Shown here piece after piece: positions 1 to 10,631 of a stretch of 32,697 bases of DNA; the stretch's first letter is position 1, and every line of letters begins with the position of its first letter. The DNA lies in the NCBI RefSeq assembly GCF_000181795.1, contig NW_003526941.1:1786346-1819042 (forward strand), written 5' to 3'. This DNA is from Trichinella spiralis (lineage: Eukaryota). Below the pieces are notes generated by a model. The model did no database searches, was not told where the DNA came from, and worked only from the letters and a program-made list of their open reading frames with translations. The position numbers and the translations under genes are program-made.

Positions 1-338
1 ACCGTATTTCACAACGCAAGTTCAAAAATTAAAATTAGGATGACCAGCAATGTGAAACATTTAAACATTCTACACAGATTTCATTCATAATGGACTGCGG
101 AAATGATGGAAAATTCTAAACTAATTATTAGTAAAATTTTCGTTGAATTTGATGTCAAATTTTGAAAAGTTATACAAACAAATTATTCAGTTATGTTAGT
201 TACTCAGCAAAAAATACAACATAAGAAAACAGACATCTTCTGATTATTGAAATCCACCTTCCTTATGTGTTCCTTTAATAATAATGAATTAATTACAAAA
301 AAAAATAAAATGAAATAAATAAATAAATGTTCAAGTCA

Positions 339-1040
339 CTTTCATGCATGCACGCCGTGCTTTGAAGGAGAAACGAAATAATATTCAGTTGCTGTACACT
401 GCTAGCCTGCAATTATATCTAATTAAACTCACTAAATGATCGTAACCTATCGTCATTCCCATCTAATCAAACAAAAGCTCGGTTACTGATAAGAACGGTA
501 ACGCATGGAAGAACATTGATTAGCATATTTGAAAAGCAACCTTCACTTTGCATTATTCGACCAAGCCTAGTCTACAGTAAATAATGTGAAACAATAAGCA
601 TCAACCCTTTCCAAAATTGCAATATACTTAACATTTGCTGGTAATATTAGCGGAGCACACTGAAACAACTTCGACAATTATTTCAGTTGCCATGACGAAA
701 TTTTAAACAGTTCAGATGGAAAATACTATAATCAAAGCTTGTGCGTAAAAATGTATAGCAAGAGCTGCGCACAAGACAATAGAAAAGTATTTTCTTAATT
801 AATAATAAAATATTATGTTTTCTGTATGTTTTGTATCTGTGTCTAAGAAGGAATGTTTGCCCTTTTATCAAAAACAAAGCAACCGCCACCAAAATAGCGT
901 ACACAGGTTATGTTACCAGATATTGAGATTCTGAAATGTTCCATTCTGAAAATGGCAAACGGCAAAAGAATACAATATATGTAACAGACTGTTACAAATA
1001 ATCTACACTATACTGATTAAAAATACACGTTTCATTTCAA
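339..1040. repeat. Left arm of long inverted repeat (>=702 bp; partner 31996..32697)
   Basis: The reverse complement of 31996..32697 matches 339..1040 (position sum 33036), with no mismatch found by eye. The identical 73-aa ORF appears at 683..904(-) and 32132..32353(+). Identity stops after ...CACGTTTCATTTCAA at 1040. The arm may extend into 1..338, whose partner would lie beyond the window. Confidence 0.97.
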
Positions 1041-2330
1041 AGTCATTTTTGCTACCATTTACCCATATAAATTGAGAAATATTTATAAATGCTTTGATTT
1101 CGTTATTCTAATGTTAAAAACTATATATATTACACTGACATTTTTATACATACTGTGGTAAATTGTAATTAGAGGCATTCTAACAGATAAACAAAGGGAT
1201 TGAACAGGATGTCGTGAAAGTTTGCGCTAAATGAATTAAATTTTGAATAAGTAAAAATTGTTGAATGCTGCTGTTTTGCTGAAGATGATATATTTACCGT
1301 CGGCATATCTTAATCTGTGATTGCTGTTGAATAATAAAAAGGTTAGTTCACATTAAAATTACCTCTGTCATTAATTAAACCGTATAAATTTGTGTAATTA
1401 AATTTACTGACTTCGTAACGTATTTATTAACCTTTTATGATTTTCAAAATGTTTTTTTAATTACTTTTTCTTATTACTACTTCATTAGCATTTTGCTGCG
1501 GAACACTGATACATCCCAAGGCGATAAATGTTGCGTATAAATTAGAATACAAAAATTGTAAGCGAATTGTAACGTCTCTGTAAATGGGCAAATTTTCTTT
1601 TACCGTGTGTAATATCAGAGTTGATATCACAAAAGAATGTTTCGCATAATGTTCTTTAGAAGAGAAATATTCTGTCATCAAAGTTTAAATTATTTTCACT
1701 GACGCACTATTTAATAATCACGTTCAGTAAATTTTTACAATACTCATGTGTGACCGTTTTACAAATTATATATATATATATTTCAGATGCAAAACCTGCT
1801 TTTACTTAGTAAAATAATTTCGCACTTCCAAAAGAATCTTCAAATAGGCAGCAAAATTTTTGAAATTAAATAATTCTTTTCTAATATGAATATATTCATA
1901 AAATTTTGAAGACTTTAAATTTAATTTGCACTCTCACATCCACAGCATATTCTCCAATATCAGATATCTACATTCATCTGAGCACATGCATAAAAGTGAA
2001 TGAGCAAATCTCTCCCAGATAAATTTTATTTTCTTCTACGCTAATACATATGATTACATTTGATAATCATCGTTAAAACATAAATATATAACACTACTTT
2101 TCCAATGCACTTTCGATGAAATGTTGCTCATTACGACTTAATATATACCAAAATAAACAAAAAAGAACCAACACAAACGTATCAATGCCCAGTAGAGTCA
2201 GAAACCTCTGAGAGACTATGCATATATAAAATGAATAAATAAAACTCAAAGAAAAAAGCAAAAATAAAATCATTACTGCTCTGAAAAAGGAATTTATCAG
2301 AATAAACAAACGGAAATTGTTACATACCAC
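683..2330 (-). pseudogene. Possible multi-exon gene or degraded gene for a hydrophobic/membrane protein, of unknown family; its 3' part lies in the left repeat arm
   Basis: Minus-strand ORF fragments are hydrophobic (MILFLLFSLSFIYSFYICIV..., ...YSNLYATFIALGCISV..., YAILVAVALFLIKGQTFLL). Plausible donors (G|GTAATT ~1362, G|GTAAAT ~1297, A|GTATGT ~1153) and acceptors (TTTTTCAG 2281-2288, TCAACAG, CATTTAG) are present. I could not assemble a stop-free model. Confidence 0.25.
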
Positions 2331-2504
2331 ACCATGGTGGTGTAAACAATGATGGTGAATTGAAGCAAAGCAAAAATGGGAGATGAAGAAGAATAAAGAA
2401 GAATCGCAGAAATAAGACGACGATATTGCTTACAACGTACATACAGTTCAGTAGTAGTAGTCGTTGTTGGTTTTCGCTGTTCATTTATTTACGATTAATT
2501 TGTC

Positions 2505-5500
2505 TCAATGAATTCGACTCAACTCTTCAATGAGGTCAATGATTTGCTGAGCAGTAGTTATATTGCTGCAGCGTTCTGGTGAAATTCTGCCTGCAGCTAT
2601 CCAACCGTTGATCAGTCGTATAGCTTCTTGGCGTGGCATTTCAAGCAATTGTTCAATCAAATCACCGTCAATGAATCCAAACGCCGGCGCATTTTTCTCA
2701 TAAACCACATAACGGCGGTACGAGTCATAGGCTATGCAGCCAACGTTGTCGGGCACGATGTCGCTGAAGCATCGCTGCAAATCGTTCAACACCCGAAAAT
2801 GAGAGTCGTGAATTTGACAATAAATCAGTATCGATCCTTCAGCCGTGCCAATCATGATTGGATTTGACACCAACGACGAAATACCAGCATAGCTGTACAT
2901 CGACAACGCGCCATGCTTGAACACGTTGATATATTCGCCCAGATGTAGACGACCGGCACTCTGCGTAATTTTAAAAGTTTTCACAAAAACTCCATGCTAT
3001 GCAAACAACATAAAGTAGAAGATGTAAATTTTACCTTGACAACTTGTGATTCACTAACCGGCTGCTGTTGTAAATCTTTCTGCGAAACGGTGATATTCAA
3101 GGAATTTTCCGCCGCCATAAAATAGTCGTTGTCGATCACTTCAATAGCTGAGATCCAATTCGGATGATAATCGCGTGCTTCTTCGACAAAACTGCTTTCG
3201 GAAGGCACGTACCTCAACACTGCGATGGAACGCTGGATATCACCGACCAGAATTACCTCGTCGCGCACTTTCAGATGCATGGCCGTCACAAACAACGAAC
3301 ACGAGCTGACCAGCTGCAGCCCCGTAACATCACTCCACTCGAACAGCAGCACGCTGCTGTTCATGGCCACCAGCAGCTTGGATTTGAAACTGGCCATCGC
3401 ATATACGCAGCCGTTCACCTCCTTCTCGTGGACTAAATTCAACGATGAATTACCCTGTCCATCACGTTCGTAGCGCAGCATCAGCAAACGACCCTGCAAC
3501 GGTTCCGTTTCGTCTGCCGTGATTACGGCTGCAGACAACTGAATTACACAAAAAAATGAGAGAAAGAGAGAGATAGAGTAAAGAAATAAATAACGATGAT
3601 TCTATTACAATAAAAAATGGATTCTGATCCTCGCCCATAGTGCAAGACAAAATACTGGTGCATTCTTCAAGAGGATTCATCGAATAGGCGTGCAATACGT
3701 CAAACGAATTCTGGTCGAGCAACAAAAACGAATGCGTCTCAATCGACCGATCGACACCAGTGTCTTCGGCGCCAATATTCACCGCACCTTCGTTGATGGC
3801 CGAATTTGGATCCACGGTCAACGTGGTCCGGCGAAGCGGTGGCGCACTGGCACTGTGCAACGCCCGGTTCGAAGCCGACGATTCGGAACTACTGTTTCCG
3901 GGTAAATCCATTATGCGGATCGTCAGCACACCGACCAATTTGTTTTCCGGCTGCCAGACAATTCGTCGAGGCGTCTCGCCCAAAACCACAGATCGAATGT
4001 GAAGCTTCTTTATTTCGTCCACAACGCCAATGGTCAAGCACTGACCGTTGGTGAACAACACGCCGTTGTCATAGGCGCTGGTAAACAATGGCGTCATGTA
4101 ATAAATGGCTGAAGAATCCAAACTGCTGAACTGCAACTTGTTATTGTTCATGTAAATCACGGTTGGTTTTTCAGTGCAAGCCAAAATGCTCAACGTATTT
4201 CTAAAACAAAACAAAGCAAAGAAAAAAAATTACCAAATCACTTGTACACTGATGTTGTCTTTTCTTGCTGTTACTTACTTTGTTTTAAACATCTTCAGCG
4301 AAATCGAATCAGTGCCCAGGGAAACTTTTTTACCGTCAATCAGTGCGAAGCTGTTCTCGTCGATGCTGTAGAAAATCAAATTACCGTCAGCCAACGAGAC
4401 GAACAAGTACATGTTAGATTCAAATTTGCACATCAAAGCCGACCGTATCACTGAGCTGTCCTCTAAATATACCGTTTGCACAGGTTCCAAAGACGGCACA
4501 AACAACAGCTGAAGACAAATTTTCGTCCAATGGCCGACAATGCAGACACCGACTCCTTCGTCTGAAAGGCAGCCAAATTCTACGCAAGATGCCTCGTTTT
4601 CCATAGTTCTTGTGGTCACCAATTGCAGACGATCGTCACGAACGTTGAAATAATGCAAAATGTGACGACAGGCGACCAACAGTCGACCACTAGTACCTTC
4701 GCAGGCGGCCAGCGATACTTCACTACCGTCAGGAAATTTCCATTCGTCCAGTTTGCGGCCGTCCAAACTGGCGTCGGCGAGCTGGATCTTAGACCGAACC
4801 ACTTGGACGATGGCTAGAGCGCCATCAGCCATGTGACAATTCGCAGCGACGAATGTCTGTTCAGCAGTTTCGAGACCATCCACGGATATCTGTTCGGCTT
4901 GATTTTCTTGGAATTTAATGACCATCGTACTATTTCCGACCACGCCCAAGATGAATAAATTGTCATACGGTTCATTAGTGATGTAGCGCAGCGCCCAAAC
5001 GCGGTTAACAAAAGGTATATCAAGACGAGCTAGCTCGTATAAGCCAATTCCGCTGCGAATAACTTTCAAGCTACCATCCTGAAAATAAAACGTAAAATAA
5101 CAAAAGATGAATAAAATTTTAAGAAGCGCACGAATGCATGAATGAATGGTCACCTTTCCGTAGCCGGAGCAAGAGATAATCTCACCCTGACCTTGTTTGG
5201 CCATATCAACTAGAACCATATCAACTATCGGTGCGAGATTTGGAAATGATTCGACCTCTGTCCAAGTTTCGTCGCAGATGGCTAACGAGTTCAGGCGGAG
5301 AAGTTTCGAATCGGCAATACGGCTACCGACAAACAGTAGGCTCTCTTTGTGCATGTAAGACAATGAATCAGGAGGCGAGGTCACGCCCAATATGGTTGCC
5401 CGCATGCGGCTCAACGTCACTTTACCTTCTGCATCGGTTTCAATGTCCAACTTTAGCAATGACAAAGTTCCGTCCAGTTGGCCAAGAAAATAAGTCAGAC

Positions 5501-6695
5501 CATCCGGAGCTGCGTCGTAACAGTTCACGATGGATTTGCTGAGAAAGGGTGGTGAAACAGTTGAAATCGTCGAATTATCTCTGATGTAAAGCAAAGAACT
5601 ACACCCAACAACAATCACACCACACAATGGAGGCGGAACGGCAATCAACGTGTGCGCTTCCCATTCTATGTGACCTCTAGACCAAGGGCCTATGACAAAC
5701 GTTATGAACCTTTGTTCTTCACTTAACAAAATTAAGGATTGGAAAATCAAAAAAGAAAATTACAGTAAACAACACGCTTAAATACATTTACTGTAAAAAC
5801 TGTAACTTTCTTTTCATAATAATTTTTTAATTAAAAAATTGCATCGAGAAAAATGTTTTCAAAAAATTAAGAATTCTCACCATTTTCAAATTCTTGTTCA
5901 TCCAAACTTATACGACACGTTATAACATGACGACCAACCAAATCTCCGTAAATCAGTGCTATCACTGGGAATTGGAATCCATGCAAAAAGACAAAATCGC
6001 TGAGATGTGTCAAACTGTAGTTTAGCGAGTACGTGCTTAACTTTGACGTTGCGCGGTTCCAAGTAATGCACTGAAAACATGTCACTTTTAAAAAAAATTC
6101 CAATTCGCTTATTTTTTCAATTAAAAAAAACAAAAAGATTTCATTTAAAAAATCTTTTAATAAAAATAAAACTAACCTTGAATGTGCTACTCATAATGCG
6201 CAAACCGATAACCTCGCCATCCGGATGAACGGAAAGTAGAATTCCATTGCTTGCCGGACGACCAAAGTTCTCACTGATGTTTCGACTTGCAAGCGTTTTT
6301 ATACGACCATTGTCATATTCAACGATCGCGACGTCTTGTTTGAGAGTAACTATTACCATCAGTGCTTTATTTTCACCTAAACTTGACAATATAACTTGAA
6401 TAAAAATGAGTCCCTATTACAACTTCAGTTTATGAAGAGACGTGGTCAATTTTCATGAATGTCAACAAAGAAAGAAAATTGGCATACCTTTCGGTGTGAA
6501 CAATTTCGCAGCACCAATTCGACCGAACATTTTCCCTTCCGTTACATACTGAAGTCCTTCTGCGGACACGGAATGCACTTCAAATCGACTATTTTTGAAA
6601 ATGATCAAATCACTGCTTCCAGGAGCAGTGAAACTGCCATGCAATGAATGTGTAACAGCAGTGGCCGCTTTCGCAGTTACAATGTAATTCGACAT
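2505..6695 (-). CDS. DDB1: DNA damage-binding protein 1 (CUL4 adaptor), 8 exons, ~1161 aa
   Basis: Exons 6695-6488, 6376-6177, 6070-5881, 5689-5154, 5078-4279, 4200-3609, 3538-3035 and 2960-2505 join in frame through GT-AG introns (3486 nt). DDB1 motifs: MSNYIVTAKAATAV, FPNLAPIVDM, CSGYGKDGSLKVIRSGIG, KLHIRSVVLGETPRRI, ARDYHPNWISA, HLGEYINVFKHG, GFIDGDLIE and the C-terminal IEELSRIH. Confidence 0.97.
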
Positions 6696-7103
6696 AGTTG
6701 AGTGTAGATCTAAAAATAATTTTTATGAATTAAAAATGGTTTGAAAAAAGTAAAAATTTAAAAACGGTTTCTCAGCATGCATAACGGTCAGATCACAGCT
6801 CACGCTGAAAAGAGGCTACTGTAAAGACAAATCAAGTGCAAATACAGTAAGCTATCAATTAAAAATTAATTACGAAGCTGAGTTAAAACTTTCTGCATAA
6901 AAAAATTAAAAATATTTTTTGTAATTAAATAAATAATTATTAATTTAGTGTAATTTTTCCTTATTTTCAATAACCTTTCTAGATGATTTTACGCGTTGCT
7001 TATCAATTGTATTTATTGGAAACAAAATTCCAAATGTTTAAAGTCAATTGACAAGGTCCTTATAAATTGATCAAATAGTTGAACAGCATGAACACAAATT
7101 TCA

Positions 7104-7843
7104 TCAAACTGCACGTCGAATAAACAGTTTTGCCAAATTGGCAATTCTAACTTGGTTGTTTTGTTCCGCCAGCATCTGAACTTTGGCAATAATTTCAGCG
7201 TTTTTAATTTCTAAAAATATGTGACGTTTTGTGATTAAAAACAGACCGAAAATCAATGAGCATGTACTTGGATCATGAAGAAGAAAAATTAAAACAGTCA
7301 ACGCTGAAACAACTGTCTCGACGTTACTGCTAAATTTACAAAAAGAAAAAATTTATTTGAAAAATACTGCATTTCAATTTTTCTTTTACCTATTTAATAA
7401 GCTGACAACTTTTTCTGAAAGATTTTCAAGAACAAACCGCCTACATATTGGTTGCTGTATCATGTTGCACAGTCCGCCCAGAGCAAATTCCACCATCGAC
7501 GGATCTGTTTCATTCAAACAGTCTGCATAGTATGAAAAAAGAAATTAAATTCCATACATTAGACTATACATAACAGTGTTCTAACCTGAAAACAAAATGT
7601 GCACGCGAAGGGTCGTCAAAAATTCATGATTTACAGGATCATAGGCAAAATTTGCCAAATTGGCCACTATTTGACGTTTAGCATCTGAAATCGGTCGTGA
7701 TCAACTGATCATAAATGCTGTTCTATTGTATTACCATTGCTTTCACTATTCTGAAATTCCGTCACCAACTGATTTAAATACTGCAGTCTGCCATACTTGT
7801 TGCCTCCACTTTTCTTTTGGATTTGATCAAATCGGCTGAACAT
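7104..7843 (-). CDS. ARMC7: Armadillo repeat-containing protein 7 (minor-spliceosome associated in human)
   Basis: Exons 7843-7735, 7684-7586, 7522-7390 and 7329-7104 (possible extra 36-nt in-frame intron at 7211-7246). The translation [38 protein letters not shown]...[11 protein letters not shown]...[15 protein letters not shown] matches the ARMC7 signature GRLxYLQxLVTEFQ...[10 protein letters not shown]. Confidence 0.92.
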
Positions 7844-7993
7844 TTATCTATTTACCTATACTCACATCTGGTTAATTGTGTTTATTATTATTTTCACTAA
7901 ATATATCACAATATGATCGAACTCCGATAAGACTGAGTAAAATATCTTCACGATGAATATCACACTTTTTTATTCAGAAATAAATTATGAATA

Positions 7994-8552
7994 TCAATGA
8001 AAGACTTGTCGCTCAGTACTTTCATCCATCAAAATTTTAGGCCGTTTTACATGTGCATTCAGAATTTTCGGCAAACTTTCGGAAATGCCGTATCTCTGAT
8101 TGTACGGCTCATATGGATCATCGACATAATATTTGGGTCGTTGCCAAAATCGACTGACCATCTTTTCCAGAATTTGACATTCCAACGGAGTGCAGGTTTT
8201 ATGCGCCAAACTGTTCGTCAGCCATGGTTCATCTTTCATGTAACGCTAAACAAAAGCGTACCGTTGATTTTCGACTAGGTTGAATATTTGAAATACAGTA
8301 TTGCCTTGTTGTGACGACCAGGACGAACACGAATCCACATGCCAGTGTTGAGCCGTTTGAACCGATTCAATACGTCAGTACAAGGAACTTTACGTCCATC
8401 TTCTGGACTGAAACGAATATGATATTCCCAGTGTGGAATTCGTACGTAATTTCGAACAGGTACGTGGAAAACTCTGTAAGTTGCAAGTGATGTTCAGTAA
8501 TAAAATTTAAACAAAAACAAAACAACCTTTTCCATGATAAACGTAAATTCAT
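7994..8552 (-). CDS. MRPL35: Mitochondrial ribosomal protein bL35m
   Basis: Exons 8552-8527, 8473-8305 and 8245-7994. The translation DGRKVPCTDVLNRFKRLNTGMWIRVRPGRHNK|RYMKDE...QILEKMVSRFWQRPKYYVDDPYEPY matches bL35m (RFxRLxxGxWIR; FWxRxxxYVDDPY). The second intron is GC-AG. Confidence 0.9.
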
Positions 8553-8802
8553 CAATGAAACCTCAAAGCTGAAATTTAGTTGTGAAAAAAAAATTTCTAA
8601 AAGCCAAAACAATAATCATGCGCATAATAGCGCCACTGCAAAACAAAACACTGGAAGAGAGTTGATATTTATTCATTTTCATTCATTCATTGCTATATGT
8701 GATTAATGGTTTTACCTAATAACAATGTCACTGTTCACGTTTATTCACGAATATACTCCGAATACTTCACAAGATGCAGACTGTTCAGCAACTATAATTG
8801 CA

Positions 8803-10367
8803 TCAACACTGTATTTCTGGAGATGAATTTAAAGAAGTAAAAATTACATCGGCATAATCATCCGTGTACAAAATACCACTGAGATCATTGATTGAAAAAG
8901 TTCTTAAACAAGCGCTCACAAGATATCGCCAGTACGGTACGCATGTTCTCACAGAAATGCGAGATGGCAATATTTTTATGGTTTTATGTCTAACAATTGG
9001 ACACCAATAATAATGCTCTGTGGCTGGATTAAAAACCACCTAAAACAATTAACTGTAATTTTACAACATTTCAAAGAGCCAATATTTTTATTCTGGATTT
9101 AGTTGCTATTGTACTTTTGAAAAATATTCATTTATTTTTCCTTTACACATAAAAATTAGAAAGAAAAACTCAATTTACAATACTGCAATTAACAAATTAA
9201 TGAAGGTCATATTACTAAGCATGTCACCTATACTGAAAATTTTACATTCCCAACTAAACAATAAAAAATGACTAAAATAAATTCTTGAATTTAATGACTT
9301 TGTACCGGATCAGTCTGCTGTGAAGATACCAAGCTGCTGGAAGAAAAAGCTGCCGGATAAAACGATCCACAACAATAAATGCATTCTAATTTTTCGTCGT
9401 CTGCGTCTCTTAATGACCTAGACAGAAAAACTTTAAAAAGAAATTCATATCAACAAGTTAGTCTACAGTACCGTTTAAAAGCAGTCCATCCAAACAATGC
9501 GACAAGCAGAAGCTTCGCCGAAACAACATTATCAAGTTTGCTTAAAATTGCATTCGCCTCTCCTTCATTAATGCCCTAAAAATGACTCGCCATTTACTTA
9601 AAAAATCTTTCAATAAATATAAGTCTTGCAGAGGTACAATTGAATCGAAATCGCTGAATTGCATTTTCTCAATGCGATAACTGATCGGTTGCAAGATGGA
9701 AAATTGGCGATTCAAGTGTCGCAGAATTTCTTTGAATGTCAGTATTTCTGGAGCACAGAAAAGACCAGGTACAGGATTGTTCTTGAAAATGCAACTTTTT
9801 CCGTGAAAATCTATCATTTTTTTAATAGCAGCCTTCCTGTTGCCTTTAATATAAAGAAAATACATACTTTTTGCTCAAGAATTAAAAAATACTTACTCTC
9901 ATCCATCATATTTTTGCAACAAACTTCATCAATACAGTACCCGCAATCACTGCACGAAACCACTTTGTCAGCGTACCTGAAGCCAAAGCGAGCCAAAATC
10001 CATGGATTAAATGAATAGCATGATGTGAGCATGGAGTCCTAAAAATACGCAAAATATGGTTAATGGCAATAGACGAAAGGTTTTCAAACTCTTACAGCAA
10101 AAGATTTGACCCGTAAGCGAAAATGTAAGAACAATTCATCATCTAAAAAAGCTTCCCTAAAAAAACAATAAAATCAACATTGTTTGCACTATCGAATAAT
10201 TTCAAACCGTTTTCTGTCTTCATCATGGTCATCGTATATAAAATCATGAACATCTTTCAAAATTTTTAACTTTCTAGTGAAATTATCCTAAAAAAACCGT
10301 ACATGAAATGCAATTGGCAAAGCACAAATTCACAAACCGTGCCATCGTTGTTTTCGTGACCTTCCAT
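8803..10367 (-). CDS. ZC3HC1: NIPA/ZC3HC1-like nuclear-basket zinc-finger protein (zf-C3HC plus Rsm1-type domains)
   Basis: Spliced translation from the ATG at 10367: FRLRVKSF...FNPWILARFGF...VVSCSDCG...FHGKSCIF (first C-x2-C...H-x3-C). It continues LVALFGW...LECIYCC and VFNPATEHYYWCPIV (second module, FxP-x3-H-x2-WCP). The junction between ~9330 and 9039 is not resolved. Confidence 0.8.
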
Positions 10368-10631
10368 TTGAAAAGTATCTGTAAAAGTTACTAATTAACA
10401 AGAACTGCAATTCTAATAACTGATTTCAACCACGAAAAGTTATTCTGCAGTATAAGTGAAATAATGCACTTTCATCAACAATGCCAAAATGTGAAATGGA
10501 ATAAAAACCACATACAATAAGATTTAATGACGTTCAAGATTGTTGCAGTATTACTGTATTTTTATGTCACTTGCTGTAATTGGTTTAGCTTCAGTGTTTT
10601 TTAAAATTATGTTTTTAATTAGATTTGAGTA
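10368..10631. promoter_or_regulatory. Putative bidirectional promoter between the ZC3HC1 cluster (-) and the DOK7-like gene (+)
   Basis: Head-to-head start codons only ~265 bp apart (10367 minus, 10632 plus). This is a positional inference; no core motif was identified. Confidence 0.5.

Noticed and set aside
683..904. 73-aa ORF (and its copy at 32132..32353) as a standalone gene
   Set aside because: It starts at GTG, is AT-rich and probably includes intron-like sequence. Its duplication simply reflects the repeat. A faint TRP/polycystin pore-like look was too weak to call.
2628..5542. Plus-strand ORFs overlapping DDB1
   Set aside because: These are antisense shadows of DDB1 exons with no recognisable motifs.
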